Assembly: GCA_026986775.1 (NCBI GenBank)
Contig: JALSNX010000030.1
Span: 79,483-143,482, forward strand
Source of the DNA: a candidate division WOR-3 bacterium
GTDB lineage: Bacteria > Hydrothermota > Hydrothermia > UBA1063 > CAJXJZ01
Direction: 5' to 3'
Length of the DNA: 64,000 nucleotides
In this document: positions 28,252 to 37,931 of the stretch, one piece after another
How positions within the stretch are numbered: position 1 is the stretch's first letter
Layout of the letters: each line of letters starts with the position of its first letter
The notes under the pieces: model-generated
What the model was told of the DNA's origin: nothing
Seen by the model: the letters and a program-made list of their open reading frames with translations, nothing else
Databases searched by the model: none
Position numbers and translations under genes: made by a program

Positions 28252-31200
28252 ATGAGGCGTTTTGTATTAGCCATACTTTTATCTATGGGATTTCTTCTGG
28301 CAGCAGGAGAGTCCGATATTATGTGGCAACAGACCTTCGGGTCTGATACCGATGATGTTTTTTACAGTGTATCTGTCTGGGACAGCACTCCTTATTATTA
28401 CATTGGTGGAGCTACCATGGCTGGCGGAACGAACTACGACTACTGGATTTTGGCCCTTGACCCTGGTAACAGTTCACCTGTGTGGGAATATACTTTCGGT
28501 GCCGGTGGTCATGAGCAGGCCTACGGCATATCAAATGGTTATGCTCCGGGTTATGGAGGGTTTATAGCCACCACCGGATACACATATTCCTATGGGAATG
28601 GGCAAAACGACTTAATGTCGCTTGCCATGACAGCAGGTGGTAGTTTTCTGGATACCATGCTTATAGGTGGTGCAAGTTATGATGTAGGCTACAGCGTTTT
28701 TGCCGGAGAGGATGGTACCTATGTTGATGCGGGAAGAACACACAGTTATTCTGGTGATGGAGATATGATAGTTACCAAATATATCCTGGCTGACGGCCAC
28801 ATTATTGACACCATCTGGTCACAGGTGTTTCATGCGTCAGATTCCTTTGATGTAGCAACTTCAGTTATAAGGTATCAGGATGTTGATATTGTTGGTGGAT
28901 ATACTAATGGAACTGGCAATTACGACGGGATTATACTTGTTCTGAGTGACTCTTCAGGTGAGAGAGTCGCCGATTACGAATTCAGGGGTTCTGGTAATGA
29001 TTATATCAAGGCCCTTACAGTGGATAGAGATGGCAACATAATTGGTGCTGGATATTCAACAACAGACAGTCATGGTGGTGACGATGTCTGGATTTTTAAA
29101 ATGGCGCCAGATGGCACGGTTTTATGGGATAAAAAGTATGGTGGTCCTCTTGATGACAGGGCAAACAGTGTATTCATTGATTCAAACGGAAATGTTGTTA
29201 TTGGTGGGTACACGGAAAGTTATGGACAGGGAAATGAGGATTGCTTTATCCTCTCTGTGAACCTTGTAGATGGAAAGCCAAACTGGTACAGGGTTTATGG
29301 AGGCTCGGGAACGGATATCCTGTATGGTTCCACACTCGGAAACAAGGGAGAGGGTGTGTTTGTTGGAAAAACTTCGTCTTTTGGTGCAGGTTCCTATGAT
29401 GGCTGGATTATAACGATGAACCTTGATGTTACTCCGTTAAGGATAAGTGGATTTGTTCCCCGTGTGATACCTCTTTCCACCACGAGAAAAATTTATGTGT
29501 ATGGAACCGGATTTTCAGGCTACGATGCAGGTGAGATAAACATAAACTTTGTTGATGCGTCAGGTGTCGTGCAGGCTGCGGTGCATCCTGATGAGGTGAT
29601 TTCTGATGATGAACTTGTGGCAACTGTAAACCTTTCGGGTATCCCCACTGGTTCCTACAGTGTATATATTGATGCAGGAGGAATAGTTACTACCGATACA
29701 CTAAAAGGTGTGGTTTATGTTATAAATCAGGGCGCAGATGAAAAGTATTTGAGTTATGTTAATGTGGGCAGCACGGGACCCATAGGAACCATGGCATCAG
29801 GTGATGCTGACAACGATGGCAGGATAGAACTTTACGCAGGTGGAGGCTATTATCTGGGAAGCACGCTTTACTATCCCCTTATGAAGATAAGTGGCAGTGG
29901 CGGTGGACTTTCAGTTGATACAATATGGAGTATCCGCACAGGTGCCCGTGCGATTGTTATAAGTGATGTTGATATGGATGGGAAAAATGAGATGTACATA
30001 GGTTATGGTGATTTCTCAAGTGGAACTGTTTCCAGACTCAGATGGAATGGCACCTCATGGACGGAAGATACCGTATTGAATACTGATTATGTAATTATGG
30101 GGCTTGATGCGGGCAGCATTTATGGACAGAGTAAAAGGTCACTTTATGCAGTATCCTATGACAGTACATTCTATGAGATTACAAAAACAGCTTCAGGATA
30201 CAGTAAAGACACATTTATGGTTTCAGGTTATGGTGCTTTCATAGATGTGAAATTGGGAGACCTTGAGAGGGATGGTAAGGTAAAGGCCTATGTATCAACT
30301 GCAAGTGGAAAGATTCTGGAAATAAAAAGGGATAGTTATGGCAATTTTGTCTATACCACTATTTCCGAATCTCTAATTAAAAACATAGGAACGATGGGCA
30401 GGCTCTATATAACCGATGCTGATAATAATGGGTATGAGGAACTCTATGCTTCCAGTGTTGTAGGAGTTTATGATGATATTTTTGATCTTAAGATAACATA
30501 CAATAGCGGTGCTTTTGTATTTGATACCATTGGCAGGGAGTTTATTGACTTAAGAACACAGATTATAGTTGAGGACTTAAACGGTGATGGAAAGGTAAAC
30601 CTGTACGGTACGGGATGGTATCACGGTTTTTACAAAGAACCTCTGGAAGATGGCAGTTGGGCATGCGGTGTGGGTTCGGTTTATAATGCCACAATGGAGC
30701 CGGGACAGGCGGCAGGTTATGTTGACCTTGATGGTTCGGGAAATCTCACCATATTTGCAGGCGGCGCAGGTATGCTTTACAGACTTGTGCCCCAGAATAC
30801 AGCACCACAGTTTAAAACCCTTGAGGTGTTTAAATACTTCCCACAGACTGCACCCGAAAATAAAGACTTTAAACTTGTCGTATACGGCAGGGGATTGAAC
30901 AATGCACAGGAAGTAAGACTTGAAGGTGATGCGGGAAGTTTTTCCGGAACGATAGACAGCCGATATTATCCGCGCATTGTGGTTTCTTTTAACGGGATGC
31001 CCGAAGGACACTATAACCTTCTGGTTGTCTCTGCATCCTCAACGGATACAATAAGGGATGCTGTATGTATAAATAAATCCACTTATTATCCTGATGGGAC
31101 CGCCCATATAAGGATTGATACCATGTTTTCCACACCTTCTGGTGTGCCACTTTACAGTCTTGTAAAGGGTGACCTTGATAAGGATGGCCATGTAGAACTT

Positions 31201-34200
31201 TATGCAGGAAGCGCAGGAAAGATATATAAAATCTATAAAGACCCAGTTGCAGACTCTGTTAATATTGAAGATATAGGACTGACATTTTCTTACGATGTCA
31301 GAACCCTTCTTTATGGCGATGTTGACAATAGCGGAGAGAAGAAACTCTTTTACAGGGACAGTATGGATATGGGAGTTATATATTACGATGGCTCATATCA
31401 TAAGGTTTCTTTCCACAAATATCCCAATAATGCATCAGGGTATCTGACAGATAATATAAACCTTGTGGATTTGAACGGTAACGGGTTCAATGAACTTGTT
31501 AATATGTCCTATAACGGACTTCTCAATCTGTTTGAGATATATCAGGACAGTTTTGTGCTTTCAAACACAAAGAGGATATTTACGTCAAATAGTTTTTATA
31601 CAGATGTTGATTATGGAGCTTTTGTGGGTGCACCAGATAATATGGAACTTTATGTCACGGGGACAGATGCATGCTCTGGTAGTTACTGTGATGGTAAGAT
31701 AAAGAGGATAAAATACAACTATGACCTGTGGCAGGTAATTGATGTTTATTCAAATACAGAACCCTATACCATTACCCTATCTCCCATGAAAGTTCTTGCA
31801 GATGATACAGGCAATGACGAATTATTCTTCTTTGATATGGCTGATACTGCTGTATATAGAATGACATACGGTGGCAGTGGGTATTTGAGTACAGGGGTGC
31901 ATACAACGCTGGAAAGTGAACTTATTTTTGACAGGGCTGACCTTGATAATGATGGAACTGTAGAATACTGGGGCATTGGTGATTATTATCTTCGTGAATT
32001 TCTGCTGACGGGTTCTTCCTTTACCACTGTGGACAGCGTGTATTTACCGGATGTAAATGATATTGCAGGATTTGACCTTGATGGGGATAACAAACTTGAG
32101 ATGTATGCCATAACCAGCTATGGAAAAGTTTTAAAGATACATAAAGTTTTTAAGAAGAAATTGAGGGTAAGAAAAACTGACCCTGTAATATTCTCCCGTG
32201 CCTCTGAGGATTCTCTCATTACTATTTTTGGTGGCGGATTTACACTGTTTGATAAAGATTCTTTGAATGTTAACCTGATTGATAAAAACGGTAATTCAGT
32301 CATGGTACTCAATCCGGACACAGTAATGAGCTATACGCGGCTTTCACTTCATTTACCTGTTTCTGCCATCAACCCCGGATGGTATGATATGGTAATTTCT
32401 TATGATACGATAAAATCGGATACTTTAAAAGATGCTGTGTTTATTTCAGGAGAGCCTTTAAAACATTATATATACAGAGTTGATACTATTGGACGTATTG
32501 CCTCGTCGTTAAGATGGTATATTACGAAGGCGGATATGGATGGGGACGGAAGGATGGAATACTATGTACATGATGATGGACATATATACAAAATCACCTA
32601 TAATTATGGCTCACATGCATGGAGTATAAGCACAATTTACACAGGCAATTTGTATGTTTCAAGTCTTGTGGCAGGAGATATGGACCATGATGGTAAGATG
32701 GAACTGTATTTCAGTCCCTTTGCTACAACTCCAACTCCTGTTTACTGTATAAAAATGGAGGCGGATACATACAGAGTAGATAGTATAAGTTATTTCTCCT
32801 CTGGAGCGAAAATAGGCATAGGCGATGCCGACAACGACGGTGAGGATGAACTTCTGGGTTACTCTGTGCATGGTGTTCTGAATGTATTAAACTTCAGAGA
32901 TTCCACATGGGAGAGAAAGACTTATACCATTGAAAGCGTTGCCGCTACTTCTGATATAGTGGTGGCAGATGTGGATAATGATGGATTCAATGAAATCTAT
33001 ACTTACGGTGCGCCTTCAGGACAGACAGATGCAGGTCTTATAAAGATAACACTCGCACCTTATTTAAGTTCAGAATATGTTTACGTAGATTACAATATTG
33101 CAGTGGGTGGCATAAAAATCTATGATATTGACGGCGATGGACAGGAAGAACTCTACACAGGTAGTTATGGCAGTGATGGTAAAACTACGATTTACCTATT
33201 TAGATATTTAAATTCAGGGTATTATTCCTCGGAAGTCATGAAGAATGAAGGTCTTGCAGGAGATATAGGTGTCGGTGACCTTGATAATGACGGTAAAAAC
33301 GAGATTGCCGCTGGTTTTTATTCGCTGCTTGAAATGGTAAAAGAAAATAATGATTACAAACGGATTATAACCGGCATTGATACCATAGTGGGTATTCTCC
33401 CAGCAAGTATAAATGACACCACAAGACTTGACATGCTCGTAACCACCAGAAGCGGTTATCTTGTTCACATCAGTCAGGAGCCCTTACCGATTGATTCTGC
33501 TGTATCAGTAAATGGACTCCTTACATCCATTATTCCTGTTGGTGATTCACTGATAACCGTTTTATATGGCAAAAACCTGAACAATGTGCAGAATATATAT
33601 GTTGAGAAGTCACAGGGCAGTTACCAGAAGGAGGCCACCATTTTAGAGGTATCTTCAGGTGGAAACTATGCAAAGATTGTAATACCGCCTCTTGACACAG
33701 CAGGTTACTACAATGTTATTGTCCACGGTAATGGTGATGATACACTTTACAGCGGGCTTCTGGCTAATAATATCTATTCAGAAACGGATAATGGAATTGT
33801 AGAGATAGATACTTTGAAAGATATAGGTGGAAGAAAGCATAAAGACACCTACTACTATATGAGTATAACCTCAGTTGACCTTGATAAAGACGGCAAGAAA
33901 GAGGTGTATGTCGCAGGAGACAGTTTGTGGACTGTGGACTATGTTGGTGATACCTTTGTGGTAAATTCAATTATGGACATTCCGGGAGTGGCAAACTGCA
34001 TAACATACGGCAGATTCATGAAGGATACGGTATCCCTCTTTGTGGGGACCACTTCAGGTGAAATCTATGAATTGTCACCGAATGATACGGGCTTTACCAT
34101 TTTGAAGGTATTTGACCTTTCCATGGCAGGGCTTTCTTCTTCAATAACAAATGGTATAAAGATAATGGATGTGGACAACGATAAAAACAATGAACTTATA

Positions 34201-35802
34201 GCAGGGTGGGGTAATGGGATGGTTGCGATTTTAAAAGAAAATAACAGTGATATTGACCTTTACATCACTGAATTGCATTCATCTTCAGTTGTGAAATCCA
34301 TTGACATAGGAGATATGGACAGGGATGGCACAAACGATGTTTATGTTAATACTTACGGAACATCGGCCTACCTGAATGATATCCATTATTCTGATACAGG
34401 CTATGTGAAATCAAATATATTCTCTCTTGGAAGTGCAGCGGATATTGGAAAAATAGGGGATATAAACAAAGATGGAAATAGCGAAATTGCAGTTGCCAAT
34501 CACGCTTATCTTTATCTCGGAAGTTACAACAGCGGTTCCTGGAACCTTGACACGGTGATGTCTTCTGGAGGCTCTTACATATTCAGGACTGCGATATTCA
34601 CGGACTTTAAAAATACAGGGAGCAATGACCTTATTGTATCTCACTCAAGCCATCGTCTTTTAAGAGTTGTATCTCATGGTGCAGATTCTTTTGAAATAGA
34701 TACGCTTGTTAGTTTCAGCGATGCAGAACCCATGGATATGACTGCCTGTGACCTTGATAAAGATGGTGAGGTGGAAGTATATGCAGTAAATGGTTCTGGC
34801 AGGATTTTTAGAATAGCATATGTGCATGACACCCTGCCTCCTTCCATGGTAAACATTGTATATCCACAAAACAATACCTGGTTTACAGCAGTGCCTGACA
34901 GTTTCCTATTTATCTGGAACAGCGTAAGTAAGATTGTGAATACCAGAAGGAATAGTATAAAATTTGCTAAATTCACCTTTATGGATTATCCGGATGAAAA
35001 AGGGGTGACACCCGTTAACTATATTGTGGAAATTGCAAGAGACTCTTTATTTGACACCATAACCATGATTGATACCACCTCTGATACAGTATATGTTATT
35101 GCCAAAAAATCTCCTCTTGGAGAGGAAAATTACTTTAGAGTCAGGGCATTTGACCTTGCCGGAAATGAAGGTCCGTACAGTGAGGTTGTAAGATTTGGAA
35201 TTGACAGTATTGTGCCTGTTATTGATTCTGTTACCATACTATCAGATACCACTTACGAGGGACCATTCAATATAGCCATAGGTGCCCATGATGTGCCATC
35301 GGGAATTGATTCTGTTATTCTTTTCTACAGGAGAATGGAGGATACAGCGTGGATAATGGCTCTGGCGGTGCGTGATACACAGGATGTTTACATTGCCACA
35401 ATTCCCGAGGTGAATCTGCAGAACGACTCCGTTAAATACTATATTAGTGTTTCTGATTATGCACATCTTTCTGACACTGCGCCAGCGGGTGCACCTTATG
35501 TTTACTATGAATTTATTGCATCGGGTATAGGTGAAACAAACAGGATAACCCGCTTTGAGATGAATGTTCCTGTGGTATCTGAAAACACGGTGAGATTCAG
35601 TCTAACTGTGCCGGAAAAACAGAGAATAGGTCTGAATATATACGATATACAGGGGAGGAAGGTTATTACCGTGTTGAACAGGAGGCTCTTGAGAGGAAAA
35701 TATACATTCAGTGTCGCCAATCTGAAAAGAGGGGTGTACATTTATCATCTCAGATACGGGAACCGCAGGTTTAATGGCAAATTTATCGTAGTGGGTAAAT
35801 AA
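28252..35802 (+). CDS. Giant secreted protein (2516 aa): propeller head, four IPT/TIG-like + FG-GAP/VCBS modules, Ig-like domains, T9SS-like CTD
   Basis: Signal peptide; GG..D repeats; many GD.D.DG..E.Y Ca-binding motifs; V.G.GF/L TIG-like segments; IYDIQGRKV..GVYIY CTD. Confidence 0.88.
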   Translation: MRRFVLAILLSMGFLLAAGESDIMWQQTFGSDTDDVFYSVSVWDSTPYYYIGGATMAGGTNYDYWILALDPGNSSPVWEYTFGAGGHEQAYGISNGYAPGYGGFIATTGYTYSYGNGQNDLMSLAMTAGGSFLDTMLIGGASYDVGYSVFAGEDGTYVDAGRTHSYSGDGDMIVTKYILADGHIIDTIWSQVFHASDSFDVATSVIRYQDVDIVGGYTNGTGNYDGIILVLSDSSGERVADYEFRGSGNDYIKALTVDRDGNIIGAGYSTTDSHGGDDVWIFKMAPDGTVLWDKKYGGPLDDRANSVFIDSNGNVVIGGYTESYGQGNEDCFILSVNLVDGKPNWYRVYGGSGTDILYGSTLGNKGEGVFVGKTSSFGAGSYDGWIITMNLDVTPLRISGFVPRVIPLSTTRKIYVYGTGFSGYDAGEININFVDASGVVQAAVHPDEVISDDELVATVNLSGIPTGSYSVYIDAGGIVTTDTLKGVVYVINQGADEKYLSYVNVGSTGPIGTMASGDADNDGRIELYAGGGYYLGSTLYYPLMKISGSGGGLSVDTIWSIRTGARAIVISDVDMDGKNEMYIGYGDFSSGTVSRLRWNGTSWTEDTVLNTDYVIMGLDAGSIYGQSKRSLYAVSYDSTFYEITKTASGYSKDTFMVSGYGAFIDVKLGDLERDGKVKAYVSTASGKILEIKRDSYGNFVYTTISESLIKNIGTMGRLYITDADNNGYEELYASSVVGVYDDIFDLKITYNSGAFVFDTIGREFIDLRTQIIVEDLNGDGKVNLYGTGWYHGFYKEPLEDGSWACGVGSVYNATMEPGQAAGYVDLDGSGNLTIFAGGAGMLYRLVPQNTAPQFKTLEVFKYFPQTAPENKDFKLVVYGRGLNNAQEVRLEGDAGSFSGTIDSRYYPRIVVSFNGMPEGHYNLLVVSASSTDTIRDAVCINKSTYYPDGTAHIRIDTMFSTPSGVPLYSLVKGDLDKDGHVELYAGSAGKIYKIYKDPVADSVNIEDIGLTFSYDVRTLLYGDVDNSGEKKLFYRDSMDMGVIYYDGSYHKVSFHKYPNNASGYLTDNINLVDLNGNGFNELVNMSYNGLLNLFEIYQDSFVLSNTKRIFTSNSFYTDVDYGAFVGAPDNMELYVTGTDACSGSYCDGKIKRIKYNYDLWQVIDVYSNTEPYTITLSPMKVLADDTGNDELFFFDMADTAVYRMTYGGSGYLSTGVHTTLESELIFDRADLDNDGTVEYWGIGDYYLREFLLTGSSFTTVDSVYLPDVNDIAGFDLDGDNKLEMYAITSYGKVLKIHKVFKKKLRVRKTDPVIFSRASEDSLITIFGGGFTLFDKDSLNVNLIDKNGNSVMVLNPDTVMSYTRLSLHLPVSAINPGWYDMVISYDTIKSDTLKDAVFISGEPLKHYIYRVDTIGRIASSLRWYITKADMDGDGRMEYYVHDDGHIYKITYNYGSHAWSISTIYTGNLYVSSLVAGDMDHDGKMELYFSPFATTPTPVYCIKMEADTYRVDSISYFSSGAKIGIGDADNDGEDELLGYSVHGVLNVLNFRDSTWERKTYTIESVAATSDIVVADVDNDGFNEIYTYGAPSGQTDAGLIKITLAPYLSSEYVYVDYNIAVGGIKIYDIDGDGQEELYTGSYGSDGKTTIYLFRYLNSGYYSSEVMKNEGLAGDIGVGDLDNDGKNEIAAGFYSLLEMVKENNDYKRIITGIDTIVGILPASINDTTRLDMLVTTRSGYLVHISQEPLPIDSAVSVNGLLTSIIPVGDSLITVLYGKNLNNVQNIYVEKSQGSYQKEATILEVSSGGNYAKIVIPPLDTAGYYNVIVHGNGDDTLYSGLLANNIYSETDNGIVEIDTLKDIGGRKHKDTYYYMSITSVDLDKDGKKEVYVAGDSLWTVDYVGDTFVVNSIMDIPGVANCITYGRFMKDTVSLFVGTTSGEIYELSPNDTGFTILKVFDLSMAGLSSSITNGIKIMDVDNDKNNELIAGWGNGMVAILKENNSDIDLYITELHSSSVVKSIDIGDMDRDGTNDVYVNTYGTSAYLNDIHYSDTGYVKSNIFSLGSAADIGKIGDINKDGNSEIAVANHAYLYLGSYNSGSWNLDTVMSSGGSYIFRTAIFTDFKNTGSNDLIVSHSSHRLLRVVSHGADSFEIDTLVSFSDAEPMDMTACDLDKDGEVEVYAVNGSGRIFRIAYVHDTLPPSMVNIVYPQNNTWFTAVPDSFLFIWNSVSKIVNTRRNSIKFAKFTFMDYPDEKGVTPVNYIVEIARDSLFDTITMIDTTSDTVYVIAKKSPLGEENYFRVRAFDLAGNEGPYSEVVRFGIDSIVPVIDSVTILSDTTYEGPFNIAIGAHDVPSGIDSVILFYRRMEDTAWIMALAVRDTQDVYIATIPEVNLQNDSVKYYISVSDYAHLSDTAPAGAPYVYYEFIASGIGETNRITRFEMNVPVVSENTVRFSLTVPEKQRIGLNIYDIQGRKVITVLNRRLLRGKYTFSVANLKRGVYIYHLRYGNRRFNGKFIVVGK

Positions 35803-35803
35803 A

Positions 35804-36028
35804 ATGCAGAACCTCGTTGTAAAGGTCAGAGAGGGAGAGATTGTATTTAAAAGCGCCGTCCTGAAAGGTGCCGACATTAAGATTTACAGGGAGGATGGGG
35901 AAATGGTATTTGCAAGGGAGAACCATCCCATAGACCACCTCACTGTGAAGAATCTGAAGAAGGGTGTGTATAAATACACAATAAACTCAGGCGGGCAATC
36001 TCTTTCAGGGAGGGTGGTGGTGATATAA
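35804..36028 (+). CDS. Small protein resembling a stand-alone T9SS-type C-terminal sorting domain
   Basis: Starts 1 nt after the previous stop; IKIY..DGEMV...NLKKGVY.Y.I....SGRVVVI; no signal peptide. Confidence 0.6.
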   Translation: MQNLVVKVREGEIVFKSAVLKGADIKIYREDGEMVFARENHPIDHLTVKNLKKGVYKYTINSGGQSLSGRVVVI

Positions 36029-36035
36029 ATTTATG

Positions 36036-36092
36036 GGGCCCTCCGGCTTCCCCCCACACGATACCCATCTTTCGGAGGGCCCTTCTTTTTTA
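36036..36092. terminator. Hairpin with T-tract between convergent genes
   Basis: GGGCCCTCCG...CGGAGGGCCC 10-bp stem, 27-nt loop, then TTCTTTTTT. Confidence 0.55.
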
Positions 36093-37931
36093 TTATAATT
36101 TATCTTTTTTTATGTCGTATTTTTCCATTATTCTGTAAAGATGTCTTCTTGATATACCCAACTTCTCTGCTGCCTTTGTTATATTAAAGTTTGTTTCTCT
36201 TAAAACCCTTTTCACCACCTCTGGATTGTTGTAGTCTCTATCTTTCTGTACATTTCTCAGCTCTTCAGGAAGATGGTGGCTCTTTATAATTTTTTCTCTG
36301 GCAGAGATTACCGCCGCTCTCGTGATGATATTTTCTAATTCCCGAATATTTCCCGGAAAGTCATACGATAGGAGTAAAGATATTGCATCCTGTGAGAGCC
36401 TTTTGTCAGGTGCTATGTTTTTCAGGAAGTGTCTTGCAAGCACAGGTATATCCTCTTTTCTTTGCCTGAGAGGCGGAAGGTAAATCTGGAAAACATTGAG
36501 CCTGTAATACAAATCTTCCCTGAAATAGCCTTTATTTAATAACTCTTTTAGGGGTCGGCTTGTTGCACCGATAATGCGTATATCTACCCTTTTTGGAGCG
36601 GGACTGCCGAGAACCTCAATCTCTTTAAATTGTATGAGTCGCAACAGTTTAGCCTGAATTTCAAGAGGCAGTTCTGCAAGTTCGTCCAGAAATAGTGTCC
36701 CACCATCAGCCATTTCAATTTTACCCTTTTTATCCTTATAGGCCCCGCTGAATGCACCCTTTTTGTAACCAAATAACTCGGCCTCAAATAATTCCTTAGG
36801 TATTGTGGCACAGTTAATGACGACAAAAGGTCCATCTTTTCTTTTGCTATTCTTATGAATTGCCTTTGCTATAAGTTCCTTACCTGTTCCACTTTCGCCA
36901 ACTAAAAGACACGGTACATCTGTTGGAGCCACTTTTGTTATTGACTCAAGGATTTCAACAAATTTCTCACTTTCTCCTATAAGTCCGGAAAAGTCATAGT
37001 GTTCCTTTAAATAGGCCAATCTCTCACGGACTTTTTTGGGATAAACAATACTTCTTGTAAGAACGGCGCTTATTTCACTGGATAGATACTCTGCCATTTT
37101 CAGGTGTGTTTTTTGAAATATGCCTTCCATTGTCCTGTTTTCAAGGTATATGACTGCCAGGAGGTTGTTTTCTTCCATGAGTGGAAAAGCCAGAACTGAC
37201 CGGATATTAAGTGACATTATACTCGTAAACGCTCCCCATGTGGGGTCCTCCACCGCATTTGAGATGATTAGAGGCTCTCTGGATTCTATAACTTTGGTGA
37301 TGATTGATCTGGGCAGTGGGTCATGAGTGGCTATATCCTCTGTGAGACCATGATAGTAAACAGGCTGGTATTCTCCGTTTAGACTTACCTTTACAATTAC
37401 CGCTCTTTCTGCTCCCGTAAGGTCTACAATGTTTTCAAATATAAATGATAAGAGGTGTTCATTATCCAGTTTGTCTATAACCTCAGTCAGGTTATAGAGA
37501 AATTTATACATAGCAAGTTCCTGCTTTAATTCCTCATGTTCATCCAAAAGAGCAATAATCTCATCTATAACTCCTGAGTACTCTTTTTTCTCGCTCCTGA
37601 GCTGGCACAGAAAATCCTTAACATTCTGTATGCTCCTGGGGTTTACATCTTCAGGAATATCTAGGCTGAATTCAAAGCTAACAGGCCCAAATCCGATTAT
37701 ATCATGGTCATTTAGCAAAACCTCGGTTGACACCGGGTTACCATTTACTGTGGTGCCGTAAGTGGAATTTAAGTCCCGCAAAAACCATTTATTGCCCTTT
37801 TTCAGGATTTCAGCATGATTTCTGGATATATATGAATTTTGAATTACAATATCTGCATCCTCTGACCTTCCTACTACAACCTTATCCTTATCAATGTTGT
37901 AAAGAGTGTCTTTTCCCTTAAGATATGGCAT
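36093..37931 (-). CDS. sigma54-dependent enhancer-binding protein, FHA-GAF-AAA+-Fis HTH
   Basis: FHA VGRS..ISRNHA..DLNSTYGT.VNG; GAF; GESGTGKE, LFGYKKGAFSGA, LFLDE, FREDLYYRL, PGNIRELEN; NITKAAEKLGISRRHLYR. Confidence 0.95.
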   Translation of the reverse strand: MPYLKGKDTLYNIDKDKVVVGRSEDADIVIQNSYISRNHAEILKKGNKWFLRDLNSTYGTTVNGNPVSTEVLLNDHDIIGFGPVSFEFSLDIPEDVNPRSIQNVKDFLCQLRSEKKEYSGVIDEIIALLDEHEELKQELAMYKFLYNLTEVIDKLDNEHLLSFIFENIVDLTGAERAVIVKVSLNGEYQPVYYHGLTEDIATHDPLPRSIITKVIESREPLIISNAVEDPTWGAFTSIMSLNIRSVLAFPLMEENNLLAVIYLENRTMEGIFQKTHLKMAEYLSSEISAVLTRSIVYPKKVRERLAYLKEHYDFSGLIGESEKFVEILESITKVAPTDVPCLLVGESGTGKELIAKAIHKNSKRKDGPFVVINCATIPKELFEAELFGYKKGAFSGAYKDKKGKIEMADGGTLFLDELAELPLEIQAKLLRLIQFKEIEVLGSPAPKRVDIRIIGATSRPLKELLNKGYFREDLYYRLNVFQIYLPPLRQRKEDIPVLARHFLKNIAPDKRLSQDAISLLLSYDFPGNIRELENIITRAAVISAREKIIKSHHLPEELRNVQKDRDYNNPEVVKRVLRETNFNITKAAEKLGISRRHLYRIMEKYDIKKDKL

